From assembly GCA_963662335.2 (NCBI GenBank), contig CAXXVD010000005.1, forward strand, positions 160,001 through 224,000: a DNA stretch of 64,000 nt, written 5' to 3'. The notes under the pieces are model-generated. The model made no database searches. It was not told where the DNA came from and saw only the letters and a program-made list of their open reading frames with translations. Below, in pieces: positions 38,321-48,428 of the stretch (its first letter is position 1; each line of letters opens with the position of its first letter). Source of the stretch: Chloroflexota bacterium (lineage in GTDB: Bacteria; Chloroflexota; UBA11872; VXOZ01). The position numbers and the translations under genes were made by a program.

Positions 38321-40144
38321 TTAACGGCACGGATTCATTACCCCGACGATTTCAGGCGGCGGCAGACGCCATGCGGTGAGCGTGTCCTCCTCATCGAGCG
38401 TGACCAACAGATCGCCGTCCGTGGCTACGGCAAAGTCGCGGATTGGCGCCAGCGGGCTCACCGTGCCCAGGATGCTGCCGTCGAAGCGGAACACGACCAA
38501 GCGCATATTCTCAGAAACGCCGATGAGATAGTCTCGATTGGCTACGATCTGCGACACCGGCAGAGCGTTTTGCTGCCACAATTGACAGCCGTCTTGATAG
38601 TAAGCCGCGATACCGTGCACCCCACCGACGTAGATGATGTCGCCGGGCTGGGAGACCGCCAGCGCGCGGCCGCGGGCCGGCGCATGCCATTCGACCTGCT
38701 CCGTTTCAACATCGAACTGGCTGACGTGCCGCTCGGTGAGCACAACCACCTTCCGGTTGAGGCCGGCAAGCGCGACGCTTACGACAGGTTCGGAAAAGTC
38801 CGAGCCCATTCGCTTCTCGCCGCGCTCGTTGACCACCATTACCTGAAACCGGCCCGCGCCGACGCCGCCCAACGCGACCCGATCGCCGTCTGGTGAGAGA
38901 TGGAAGCTATTGAGGCCGGGAATGTTGTGGTAATCGAGGGACGTAAACCAGGCTAGTTCCGACTCGTTGAATCCGAACGCGCGGCCCAATCCCTCCGCAT
39001 TCGAAGTGGAGGCAACCATCGTCCGCCCGTCACTGCTGATGGCGGCGTTCTCCAGAATGACCGCATGCTCAGCCAGCGTTTTGCTCCAACGCGGACTTCC
39101 GTCCTGATCGAGGGCCTGTGCGCCAATGCCCACTGCAAAGACGGCCGTGCCCTCTCGCGCTACCGCAAGGTCATACGTCGGCAGCGAGAGGCTTCGGAGC
39201 CACTGGCGTTCTCCCTCTCCATTCCAGCGCTGTATCACACCACTGGAATCGCTGCCAAGCACAGCGCTGCCTTCCGGCGACACTGCGATGAAGTGAGCGG
39301 GCGTCGTCAAGGCGTGCGACCAGACCGGTTCACGCCAGGTACGGCCTTGGATCGGCGATACCTGGGCAACGCGAAAGACGTGCACCGTCTCCTCGCGTAT
39401 GCCGGCCTCGACGTTGCGCTCACGCCACTGCGCCGCAACCGCCCCCGCCTCCGCGGCCGAGAGAAACGGCCCCAGCAGCACCACGGGCGCGCCGTCCCGG
39501 CTGAGCACGGCGCGGTTGGCGGCCGCCGCCTCTTGTACGCGCTGCGCTTCTTCAACAGTCGCAAACGGCCCCAGCGCAACGCGGGATACCGCGATCGGTT
39601 CCGCCGTGATTTCGAGTTGCCCGGCTTGATAGAAGAGTTCGCGCAGCGCCGGGCCGTCGGCCAACGCGGTGTTGGCAAGGAATGATTCGAGTTGAGCTTC
39701 CGCCAGCGCAAGCTGGGCATACGCCGCGGCGAGGGCATCATCCTGGCTTGTGTCGACGTACTGGCGAAACTCGCCGGCCGCGCGCGCGAGGGGATCGACT
39801 GCCGCCAGCAGGCCGGCGGCGCCGTTCACGGCTCCGCCAGCGTTGACGTCAACCACTTGCTGCGCCAACTGCTGGATCTCGGGGATGAGAAAATCAAGCG
39901 CCTGGCGGTACTTGTGCGGCGGCAGCGACTCTTGCAAGTACGCCAGGTTGTGGACGTTGAGACGCCGGATGACGAAAATGACGTCTCGCGCAATCTGTGG
40001 GATGCGGTGCTCCGCCCGGCTTGCCGGCTCGTCAGGGGCGGCGGCCTGCGGCGCGGCCGGGGCCGCGCCGCCGCAGCCGAGGCCGAACGCGGCCAGCAGC
40101 ACACAGAGAGCCAGTGCCCTCCCCACGCCGCCTGCTCTCATCAT
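38321..40144 (-). CDS. Putative lipoprotein with SPOR-like domain and C-terminal beta-propeller
   Basis: Lipobox-like AFGLGC; SPOR half-repeats VALGPFATVEEA and VLLGPFLSAAEA; propeller blades (AVSPEG, AISSDG, HLSPDG). Confidence 0.6.
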   Translation of the reverse strand: MMRAGGVGRALALCVLLAAFGLGCGGAAPAAPQAAAPDEPASRAEHRIPQIARDVIFVIRRLNVHNLAYLQESLPPHKYRQALDFLIPEIQQLAQQVVDVNAGGAVNGAAGLLAAVDPLARAAGEFRQYVDTSQDDALAAAYAQLALAEAQLESFLANTALADGPALRELFYQAGQLEITAEPIAVSRVALGPFATVEEAQRVQEAAAANRAVLSRDGAPVVLLGPFLSAAEAGAVAAQWRERNVEAGIREETVHVFRVAQVSPIQGRTWREPVWSHALTTPAHFIAVSPEGSAVLGSDSSGVIQRWNGEGERQWLRSLSLPTYDLAVAREGTAVFAVGIGAQALDQDGSPRWSKTLAEHAVILENAAISSDGRTMVASTSNAEGLGRAFGFNESELAWFTSLDYHNIPGLNSFHLSPDGDRVALGGVGAGRFQVMVVNERGEKRMGSDFSEPVVSVALAGLNRKVVVLTERHVSQFDVETEQVEWHAPARGRALAVSQPGDIIYVGGVHGIAAYYQDGCQLWQQNALPVSQIVANRDYLIGVSENMRLVVFRFDGSILGTVSPLAPIRDFAVATDGDLLVTLDEEDTLTAWRLPPPEIVGVMNPCR

Positions 40145-40185
40145 GGCGCCAACCTCTACCACCGCATCAGCCGGAACTCGCTCCG

Positions 40186-40998
40186 CTAGAAGTCGTCTTC
40201 CACCGCCAGCGCACCCTCCGCGTCGATGTCCTCGCCTTCCAGATCGGCCCACGCGTATGCGTCACCGCTCTCTTCGGCAAAGTCGCTCTCCGCGCCCGGC
40301 GCGACGTCCTGCCAATACTCCTCGTCCTCTAACTGCTGGCCGTTCTCGCCGGGGAATGAGTGTTGGCCCGCCTGGCTGGGATGCTGATAGGTCTCCTTTA
40401 TCACAACGTAGACGTCGCGGCTCTGTATCCCCAGCACCGCGGCGGCGTAGCGGTTGCCGGATTCTATCAGGTAGATCAGCCGCTGTGACAGCGATGCGGC
40501 CAATTGCCCCAACGGCTGACCGCTGCGGCTCAGCACCCGCATCACGCTGCCGCGCCGTTCCAGGCGCAGCGGGTCTCCCGGCAACGGCAGCGCCTGGCTC
40601 TGCTTGCCGGGCACGGGCAGCGCCTTGACGATCTTCGTCTTGCCCGGTTCGGCAATGAAGATGTCCGCCGGGACGCGCTGCACGTCGTCGGCCACGTCCG
40701 CGTGAACCGGCGCTTCCAACCAAGACTCCAGCCGCACGAGGTTGCGTCCGGCAATGGCGTTGACCGGATCAAGCTCCAGCGCATGCTGGTAGCTGAGCTT
40801 GGCCTCTTGCAGCAAGCCAAGCTCCCACAGCGCTTTGCCGAGACGATTGCGCGCGTCAACGTCCTGCGGGTCGAGCTTGACAATCGAGCGATTGATCTTC
40901 TCGGCCTCGGCCCAACGGTGATCCGCCGCGCACTGGATCGCCTGTTGCTCCCAGTACCGTTTGAAACGGCTGCGTTCAGCGCCAATGATCTGTGCCAT
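40186..40998 (-). CDS. Tetratricopeptide repeat protein with acidic tail
   Basis: TPR helices (ARNRLGKAL, YQHALELDPVNAIA), FIAEPGKT, LIESGNRY. Confidence 0.8.
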   Translation of the reverse strand: MAQIIGAERSRFKRYWEQQAIQCAADHRWAEAEKINRSIVKLDPQDVDARNRLGKALWELGLLQEAKLSYQHALELDPVNAIAGRNLVRLESWLEAPVHADVADDVQRVPADIFIAEPGKTKIVKALPVPGKQSQALPLPGDPLRLERRGSVMRVLSRSGQPLGQLAASLSQRLIYLIESGNRYAAAVLGIQSRDVYVVIKETYQHPSQAGQHSFPGENGQQLEDEEYWQDVAPGAESDFAEESGDAYAWADLEGEDIDAEGALAVEDDF

Positions 40999-41195
40999 AT
41001 CACTATCCCTCTCACAGATAGGGTGCTACTGCCGCACACAGGCGTGAACCGACGCGCGCGTGCGGCAAGCAATGAGAAGTTTTAACTGCGGGCGTACTGC
41101 TCCTGCGGGGTATGGTTTACGGAAGCATAGAACACCGGCAGCAGTGCGCTGCGTGACCTGAACCAGGGGATAGTTCAGAGCCAATGCACGTACTT

Positions 41196-41204
41196 ACTAT
41201 AGCA
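41196..41204 (-). promoter_or_regulatory. Extended -10 promoter element upstream of the TPR gene
   Basis: TGCTATAGT on the minus strand about 200 nt upstream of ATG 40998. Confidence 0.45.
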
Positions 41205-41869
41205 CAACGACTAGCGGCTTCACTACCTTTTACCCCCATTATCCCCAGAAAAACGCGGAAACTTCTAAAATTCGATCTCAAGCCGCGTACTCGAGGCGGG
41301 GAATAAGAGGCACGAGACCCGTGCGGAGCGCCTTTCCCGCAACTGAATATGACGCAAACCGTCCGCCAGCGCCGAGCCATGCGAAACTCCACTCCGTGCC
41401 CCGGCGCCGGCAGGGGTATGTAAATGTCACTCCGAGCGCAGCGTCGAACCCTGTTCGGCACGCTGGTATGAAGAACTGCGCCGTATGCGCGACACCCGCG
41501 ACACGGTAACCCCAAGGCGACACGCGCCGCTCTCCGAGCTTGGGTGGCTGATGTAGCCGGCTTGGTTGCAGACGGCCGCTTGGCAAACACTCCCGCCGCA
41601 AAACCGCGCGACGGGGCCTCGACGAACTTGGCGGCTACGGCGCGCAGGTTTGCCGCACGTTGGAATCTTCTCAGCCCAGCCCGCTTGGCCTCTTGCCCGC
41701 CGGACTGGCGCGCGCCAATTCGACCGCGGATTTCACCGAACGAGTGGTTCGATGGTTACTGAATCATTAGCAATATCTGTGGAAGCACTGTTTGTCGTAT
41801 CTGATATGTTATGCTAAGCGGGGCGCAAACTGGAGTGAAATGTGAAGCCTATGAGGGGACAGGCCCGCA

Positions 41870-44800
41870 GTGGCGCGGCGGCATGTGCCAAGTCTATGGG
41901 CAAGGGTTGCGCTCGCGTCGCTGCTCGTGGGCGTCTCATTCTCTCAGACTGCGCGTGCCGATGGGACGGTAGTAATCAACGAGGTCTATCCGGACTACGC
42001 GGGCGGGCCGACAAGCTGGATTGAACTGCACAACACCAGTACTACAACGGCTGTCGAGTTAGATCTGTGGCAGCTTGTTTTGGGTACGGGTGAGGAAGAT
42101 CCCTACTATGACATACCATTTGGCACGTCGATTGCCCCCGATGGTTACTTAGTCTTCGATAGAAGCACTACACTGCTCGCTATCGCAGCGAGCGGCACTG
42201 TCCGTCTTGTCTCTTTAGACCTCGATACATTTGAATACAGTGACGTGGATAGCGTCGAATATTCGGTTTCTGAAGATGGAAGCTCGTATTCGCGGGTGCC
42301 GGATGGCTCGCCCACCTGGATAGCCGTGTCCACGCCCACCAAGGGCCAGTCAAACGGCAATCCCACGCCCACACCAACTCCCTCGCCAACGCTTACACCC
42401 ACACCCACATCAACGCCAACTCCCACACCGACACCGACACCGACGCCTACACCAACACCAACGCCAACTCCAACTCCCTCGCCAACGCCTACACCCACAC
42501 CCACATCAACGCCAACTCCCACACCGACGCCGACGCCTACACCAACGCCTACGCCAACTCCCGCACCTACGCCAACACCAACGCCTACGCCAACTCCCAC
42601 ACCGACACCCACCCCAACTCCAAGGCCCACTCCTACCCCAACACCCACTGCTACGCCGTCACCCTCACCGACCGCGACGCCTGTGCCAACCGCTACGCCA
42701 ATCTCTACACCTGTGCCAACTCCTACACCTGGTCACTCGCCTGAGCCCACGCCGTCGCCGATCCGCGTCCCTACCCCGACACCGACTCCCAAACCTACAC
42801 CAACTCCGACACAATCGCCCACGCCCACACCTACGCCTACACCAACACCCACGCCCACGCCTACATCAACACCTACTCCTACCCCAACACCTACTCCTAC
42901 ACCGACTCCCACTCCTACGCCTACACCAACTCCCACTCCAGAGCCTCCACCGGAAGGTTGCTCCCAGCATTTGGACTCCGGTATAGCCTTGAACGAAGTC
43001 TATTTCGGCAGTCCAACAAAGCGGGATGGCTGGGTAGAGCTATTCAACAGTGAATCTGCAAACGTGAACTTGGCTTGCTGGGGATTGGAATTAGTCGATG
43101 GCTCTGACAGACTCAAAAGCTCCTTTGCAAACGACGCTACGATCGAACCTAGAGGATTCTATGTCATAGCGGAGTGCACAGGTACGGTACCTCCAAGTGG
43201 TTGCCTAAAGTTCTCGACTTACCCAATTACAGATCCATCGGGGACTCCAGTACCTAGACCACTTCATCTCTTCGACTATCAAGGAATCAAGACCGACGAG
43301 GTCACGATCATTGAAAGCACCGGGTCAACGGGACTTGCAAGGATTCCAGATGGCAGCGGCGATTGGGCAGGTACTTCGGCATCTACCATTGGCCAGTCAA
43401 ACGAAACGCCGACACCTTTTCCGCCGCCGCCACCACCACCGCCACCACCCCCTCCAAAGCCCACGCCGAAGCGGCCCTTGCCGCAGAAACTGCGCATCAC
43501 GGAGATCTACTACGACGGCCAAGTGCCGCGCACTGAGGGTGACGAGTTCATCGAGATACAGAACCAGGGCGCGGCGGTGGCGCGCATGGGGCGCGTGCGC
43601 ATTCAGATACAGAGCGCCGCGGCCCGCAGCGCCGTGGCCTACGGCTTTCCCGCGGGCGCCACGCTCGCCCCGGGCGAAATCCTGGTCGTGGCCAAGAATG
43701 CCCGGCAATTCGCCGACCGCTTCGGTTCCGACCCAAGCTACGAGGCCCGCGCCACCGGGACCGGCTACGCGAATTCACCGGCGGTGCGCAATCTGGTGCA
43801 CGACCGCCGCGTATCGGGCCGCTCCTGGGCGCTGGCCAACACCGGCGCGACCGTCGCCCTGCTGGGTGACGACGGCATGGTGCTCGACGCCGTGGCCTAT
43901 GGGCATGATCCCGGCGGCGCTCTGGACCTGAAAGGAGAATTCCCGTCGGCGGCGGACGGCCAATCGCTGCGGCGCGACACGAACGGCGCAACCGACGCCC
44001 TCACGCCTGACGGCCTCCAGGCGGACGCGCCCTCGCCGGGGACAATTCCACCCACTCCCACGCCCACGCCGCGGCCGGTTCCTTCACCCACGCCCATGCC
44101 GTCGCCCACGCCTGCGCCCGTGCCCACACCGACTTCAACGCCTGTCCCCACGCCAACGGCGGAACCTACACCCGCGCCCACGCCATCACCAACTCCCGCG
44201 CCGACGCCCACCGCCGCGCCGCTGGCCGCAACGCCGCCTACGGCGACACCCACGCCCACGCCTATGCCAACGGCAGCGCCGCCCACTCCGCCGCCGCCAA
44301 CTCCGACCGTTGAAGCATTGGCGTGCCTGACGGACATTCCGCCCCACGAGCCGGCCCGGCGCGTGCGCGTTTCCGGCAGCGTGACGGAAACGCGGCGGCT
44401 GCCCGGCGAGACCCAGGTATTCATCGCTGACGAGTGCGGCGGGGCTATTCTCCATCTGCCGTTACAAGACGCGCCCCCGCCGGTGCATAGCCGCGTACGC
44501 TTCACCGCGCTCGGCGCCCGCAGCGAGACTCAAATCGACCTCTACCTGGATGCCGGCGCTACGCTCGCGCGCCTGCCGGCCGGGCCGCTCCCGCCGGCAA
44601 TGCCGTTTGACGATGCCATCGCCCGACGCGCCCCCAGCGGCACGCGGGTTTTCGCGCCCGGCGCGATCGTCCGGGCGCACGACAGTGCGGGAAACACCCG
44701 CTTTCGGGCTACGCCGAGCAACATCCTATTGGATGCCCGCACGCCGGCGGTTCCCGCCGGGGCCGTCGTCTTCTACGGCATCATCGAATGGCGCAGCGCG

Positions 44801-44995
44801 GGAGCTATTCTGCGCGTGCACTACGTCGCGCCGGCCGCGGCGCGGGCGCCGCCTTCTGCATCATCCCCAATAAGCGGGAAGATAATTGGCGCGGTCCTCC
44901 AGCACGCGCGCGACGCGCTCCGCCTCCTGCTCAGCCGCGCGGCAACGGGCGGACGAGCGAACGCTTTGCCTTTGGAAATAGAAGCGCGGCCATGA
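41870..44995 (+). CDS. Secreted lamin-tail-domain protein (3 LTDs, PT-rich linkers, C-terminal OB-fold-like region)
   Basis: Signal peptide (ARA-DG); three LTD signatures (INEV..WIELHN; LNEV..WVELFN; ITEI..EFIEIQN); long (PT)n runs. Confidence 0.8.
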   Translation: MARRHVPSLWARVALASLLVGVSFSQTARADGTVVINEVYPDYAGGPTSWIELHNTSTTTAVELDLWQLVLGTGEEDPYYDIPFGTSIAPDGYLVFDRSTTLLAIAASGTVRLVSLDLDTFEYSDVDSVEYSVSEDGSSYSRVPDGSPTWIAVSTPTKGQSNGNPTPTPTPSPTLTPTPTSTPTPTPTPTPTPTPTPTPTPTPSPTPTPTPTSTPTPTPTPTPTPTPTPTPAPTPTPTPTPTPTPTPTPTPRPTPTPTPTATPSPSPTATPVPTATPISTPVPTPTPGHSPEPTPSPIRVPTPTPTPKPTPTPTQSPTPTPTPTPTPTPTPTSTPTPTPTPTPTPTPTPTPTPTPTPEPPPEGCSQHLDSGIALNEVYFGSPTKRDGWVELFNSESANVNLACWGLELVDGSDRLKSSFANDATIEPRGFYVIAECTGTVPPSGCLKFSTYPITDPSGTPVPRPLHLFDYQGIKTDEVTIIESTGSTGLARIPDGSGDWAGTSASTIGQSNETPTPFPPPPPPPPPPPPKPTPKRPLPQKLRITEIYYDGQVPRTEGDEFIEIQNQGAAVARMGRVRIQIQSAAARSAVAYGFPAGATLAPGEILVVAKNARQFADRFGSDPSYEARATGTGYANSPAVRNLVHDRRVSGRSWALANTGATVALLGDDGMVLDAVAYGHDPGGALDLKGEFPSAADGQSLRRDTNGATDALTPDGLQADAPSPGTIPPTPTPTPRPVPSPTPMPSPTPAPVPTPTSTPVPTPTAEPTPAPTPSPTPAPTPTAAPLAATPPTATPTPTPMPTAAPPTPPPPTPTVEALACLTDIPPHEPARRVRVSGSVTETRRLPGETQVFIADECGGAILHLPLQDAPPPVHSRVRFTALGARSETQIDLYLDAGATLARLPAGPLPPAMPFDDAIARRAPSGTRVFAPGAIVRAHDSAGNTRFRATPSNILLDARTPAVPAGAVVFYGIIEWRSAGAILRVHYVAPAAARAPPSASSPISGKIIGAVLQHARDALRLLLSRAATGGRANALPLEIEARP
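42362..42950 (+). repeat. Coding (Pro-Thr)n low-complexity repeat containing a 96-bp-period duplication
   Basis: CCAACTCCCTCGCCAACGC..ACACCCACACCCACATCAACGCCAACTCCCACACCGAC at about 42374 and 42470. Confidence 0.9.
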
Positions 44996-45079
44996 CGCGG
45001 GAGAGCGAAGCAAGCAGTGGGGGGACTCGAGCGCCGCGCAAACGGGAACCTACGCTAGCCGCCTGAGACCCTTACATAA

Positions 45080-45190
45080 CCCCTTGCGCCGCTCGATGGG
45101 GGAAGGCCGGGATGGGGGTGAAATAGCTTGGCAAGTTCCGCTTGTAACGTAACAAGCGCCTCTGGATTCCGGCTTGCGCCGGAATGACGG
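45080..45190. repeat. Intergenic palindromic repeats between convergent genes
   Basis: CCCCTT...GGGGGAAGGCCGGGATGGGGGTG and GGATTCCGGCTTGCGCCGGAATGAC hairpin. Confidence 0.55.
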
Positions 45191-45207
45191 AATCATGCAA
45201 AGGTCCC

Positions 45208-45954
45208 TCAAGGGGAAAGCAGCCGCCTGGCGTTGCCGCGCGCAATCGCTTCTTTGCCGGCCGCGGAAACCTCCGCCATCTCCAGCTTGGCGATGCCGCA
45301 CGCCGGATACTGCAGCGGCATGCCTGTGCCCAGCAGCACGCGGTCTGCGCCGGCGCGGGACACTACCTGCGCGATTGCGCCCAGGCCTTGCAGGCATGAA
45401 GTTTCCAGCCACACGTTGGGGTGCGCATTGGCCAGGCGAATGCCGTGCCACGCTTCCGCGCCGTAGTTCAAGCCGTGCAACACGAATTGCACGCCGGGCT
45501 GCTGCGAAATGAGGTCCTCGAACGCCTCTACCGCGGCAACCGGGAACGACCAGTCCATGATGGCGCGCATGACCAACGTCACCACCAAGCCATGGGACTG
45601 GGCCGCGGCGCAGAGCGGCGCAAGCTGGGCCGGCAAGGTGTTGTGGTGGTGGCTGGGATAGCAGCGCACGCCCTTGGCGCCGGCAGCCGCATACTCTCCC
45701 AGTAGTTCGGCCTCGCCGCCTTGCGTGCTGTCGATGGTGACGAACGGCACGAGCCGGCCGCCGGACTCCGCTGCCGCCTCGAGAATCTCAGCGTTCCCCA
45801 GCCGCCAGTCGCTCTCCAGCGCGCGCGTAGAGCCCACCACCGCCCGCTCGATGCCGTGCGCGTCCATGAGCGCCAGCACGTCGGCCGCGGTGCGCTGCTG
45901 CAGGGGCCAGTAGCCCCACGCGCCGAGAAAACCGGAGAAGTCCCAGACCGTCAT
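45208..45954 (-). CDS. Amidohydrolase family (Amidohydro_2) protein lacking the N-terminal HxH
   Basis: MDAHGIERAVV, NVWLETS and RVLLGTGMP; beta-1 reads DFSGF rather than DxHxH. Confidence 0.75.
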   Translation of the reverse strand: MTVWDFSGFLGAWGYWPLQQRTAADVLALMDAHGIERAVVGSTRALESDWRLGNAEILEAAAESGGRLVPFVTIDSTQGGEAELLGEYAAAGAKGVRCYPSHHHNTLPAQLAPLCAAAQSHGLVVTLVMRAIMDWSFPVAAVEAFEDLISQQPGVQFVLHGLNYGAEAWHGIRLANAHPNVWLETSCLQGLGAIAQVVSRAGADRVLLGTGMPLQYPACGIAKLEMAEVSAAGKEAIARGNARRLLSP

Positions 45955-45979
45955 CGTGTGTGCCGTTCCTCTCCCGCCG

Positions 45980-46717
45980 CTACGGCCCGAGCCGCAGCAG
46001 CCGCGCCATGTTGCCGCCGAATATCAGGTCTTTGTCCGCCTGGCTGATGGCGGCTCCGCTCACCCGCGCCATCTGCACGCTCACCTCCAGCAGCGGCATG
46101 TCCGTGCCAAAGATGACCCGCTCCGGGCCGATGCGCTCGAGCGTGTACTCCAGCGAGCCGTTGTTCACCGCGCTGCTGGCGGTTTCCAGCAAGAGCGACG
46201 GATGGCGTTCCGCGGCCTGCACCGCGCGCAGCCAGTCGCCCCGCGCCAGGGCCGTATTGCCGGAGTGGGCCATCATCAGAAACGCCTCCGGCACCCGCGC
46301 GGCCATCACTTCGCACTCTTCGGCGGTGGAATGCGCCAGGATCGGCATCCGGTGCGCGGCCGCGCGTTCGAGCACGGGAAAGACCGACGGGCGCACCAGC
46401 GGCGTCATCGGGTACGAATAGATCTTGATGCCGCGCATCCCGAATTCTTCCACGCAGCGGTCGATCTCTTCCAACGCGCCGTTGTCGAAGTTCATCGTGG
46501 GGATGCTGACGTACCCGAGAACTCTGTCCGGGTGTTGGCGCAGCGCCTTGCCCAACGTGTCGTTCCCCTCGCGCATGTCGTGGATGAGAGCCGTGAAATC
46601 CGTGACGAACAGCTTGTCGATGCCGTTGTCATCGGCCAGCCGCAGCAGGTCGTCGATAGTGGCGCTGAAGTTATAGGCCGTGGAAACGCCCACGTGCACG
46701 TGCGCATCGATGATCAT
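45980..46717 (-). CDS. Amidohydrolase family (Amidohydro_2) metallohydrolase
   Basis: IIDAHVH, GIKIY, ILAH, MAHSG, VIFGTDMP and GGNMARLL motifs. Confidence 0.85.
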   Translation of the reverse strand: MIIDAHVHVGVSTAYNFSATIDDLLRLADDNGIDKLFVTDFTALIHDMREGNDTLGKALRQHPDRVLGYVSIPTMNFDNGALEEIDRCVEEFGMRGIKIYSYPMTPLVRPSVFPVLERAAAHRMPILAHSTAEECEVMAARVPEAFLMMAHSGNTALARGDWLRAVQAAERHPSLLLETASSAVNNGSLEYTLERIGPERVIFGTDMPLLEVSVQMARVSGAAISQADKDLIFGGNMARLLRLGP

Positions 46718-46903
46718 TGGCGTCCGCTCCTTGTGTTCGGTAGGCTAGCAGAGCGCGCGGCCGCGCGCAAACGCGCCTCGGCGTGGAATTCTTGTATACT
46801 AGGCTTCAAGCCTCTCGCGGGCTCTATACTGGCGAAGGATCGCATCGGCCCGCGCGGGGAGCCCACGCGGATTAGTCAAGTTTGAGAAAGGCGGCGGAAA
46901 GCC

Positions 46904-47722
46904 ATGAAGAAAGCGGTTTGCGGTAACAGTTTCGGCCGGGACGTCTCGCTGTTCGACGCGATGACAATGGCGAAAGAGGCGGGCTTCGAGGGCATCGAAC
47001 CGGGCCTGACGCTGGAAGGAATACTTACCACGGAATCCTCTGACGACGACCTCCGGCGGCTGCGCGACCACGCGGAGAAGACGGTGGAAATTCATGGCCT
47101 GATGGGCGGACCGGCCATTCGCAGCGCGCCGCTCACCACGCTGGATGAGGCGCAATTGCGGCAGGGCGTGGAGAACATCGCCAAGGCCCTGCGCATCGTG
47201 AAGGCGCTGGGCGGCACGAGCCTACTGGTCGTCCCGGGCACGGTGAGCGAGAGCGTGCGCTACGACGTCGCGCTGGAAGGCACGCTGGCAGGCCTGAAGC
47301 AAGTCGCGCCCATAGCGGAAGATCTTCAAGTTCACGTGGCGGTGGAAAACGTGTGGAATAAGTTCCTGCTCTCGCCGGTGGAGATGCGCAACCTGCTCGA
47401 CGAAGTGAACAGCCCGTACGTCGGCTGCTATTTCGACGTGGGCAACTTCCTGGGCTGGGCCATTCCCCAGCACTGGATCGAGATTCTCGCCCACCGCATC
47501 AAGAAGGTGCACGTGAAGGACTTCAAAGTGCAGGTAGGCAACATGGACGGCTTCGTGACGCTCCTGCAAGGGGACGTGGACTGGGTAGCGGTGCGCAAGG
47601 CACTGGGCGCCGTCGGCTACGACAGCTATCTATCGGCGGAGATACCGCTGCACCCGGTGTTTCCGGAGAAGAGCCTGCTGGACATCAGCACGAGCTTGGA
47701 TACGATCATCGCCAGCGCGTAG
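46904..47722 (+). CDS. Sugar phosphate isomerase/epimerase (TIM barrel)
   Basis: AGFEGIE, VAVENVWNKFLLSP, YFDVGN, VHVKDF and LSAE motifs. Confidence 0.85.
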   Translation: MKKAVCGNSFGRDVSLFDAMTMAKEAGFEGIEPGLTLEGILTTESSDDDLRRLRDHAEKTVEIHGLMGGPAIRSAPLTTLDEAQLRQGVENIAKALRIVKALGGTSLLVVPGTVSESVRYDVALEGTLAGLKQVAPIAEDLQVHVAVENVWNKFLLSPVEMRNLLDEVNSPYVGCYFDVGNFLGWAIPQHWIEILAHRIKKVHVKDFKVQVGNMDGFVTLLQGDVDWVAVRKALGAVGYDSYLSAEIPLHPVFPEKSLLDISTSLDTIIASA

Positions 47723-47884
47723 CGGGCGCTCATGGCCCCACTCCGGCCTGAGGCGGTACGTAACGACCAGTTGTCTCTCGAAGTTCCGCTTGGGGCCGCG
47801 GGCGGGCCGTATCTACCAGCGAGTCTGCGGCGGCTGCAGGCCCTCTAGCGGGATCCGGGACTCTTGTGATGTCCTCGCAGAGTG

Positions 47885-48262
47885 CTAGCGGCTCAACGCG
47901 CCCATTTTCTGAACGAGCAACTCAATTCGCTCTATGCCGTCCTGCACGAATTCATCCGTCTGCCAGTCCTCATAGAAGTTCTGGTGCATCGAATTCGCCA
48001 CTTGAAAGAGAGCCAGGAACTCGGAGTCGTCTGCCTCGCGGGAGATCCGACTGACGACGTGAAAGAGCCGAGCGTGAGAATCGTGTCGCCAGCCTCTCTG
48101 CTCGGCGGCGGCTTTCACGGCGTGTGCGGCCGCACCCCAAGCCTTCTCAGACGCCTGAAGCCGGTCACCCTTATCGAACTCTTCCTGCGCCTGGCGGATG
48201 AGCCGCCGGCTCAAGGCCGTGTACTTGTCCACGTTCCCGTTTCTGCTCCCAGCTGAAAGCAT
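47885..48262 (-). CDS. PaREP1-family (HEPN-related) protein
   Basis: QAQEEFDKGDRLQASEKAWGAAAHAVKA and MHQNFYE motifs. Confidence 0.75.
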   Translation of the reverse strand: MLSAGSRNGNVDKYTALSRRLIRQAQEEFDKGDRLQASEKAWGAAAHAVKAAAEQRGWRHDSHARLFHVVSRISREADDSEFLALFQVANSMHQNFYEDWQTDEFVQDGIERIELLVQKMGALSR

Positions 48263-48428
48263 TTTCAGCGCTCCCTACGTTGCGATATTGCGCCAGCGCC
48301 GCAAGGAACCAACCAGCGCTCCAGTCTATGGCCATATGGTATCGCGACGGCCGGCGGCTATAGCTGCCCCAAGTATACCGCACTCTCTAAATGACCACAG
48401 CGCGCCGCCAACTGAAGGATTTAGGAAG

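Noticed and set aside
41118-41225. 6S RNA
   Set aside because: The rod is too short and the apparent central bubble is better explained as an extended -10 element; kept only as an unassigned structured RNA candidate
41580-41660. c-di-GMP-I riboswitch
   Set aside because: GGCAAAC and GCAAAA are present, but the GAAA tetraloop stem and receptor arrangement are not
42145-44505. Val-Gly repeat ORFs on the minus strand
   Set aside because: Antisense shadow of the Pro-Thr codons of the LTD gene
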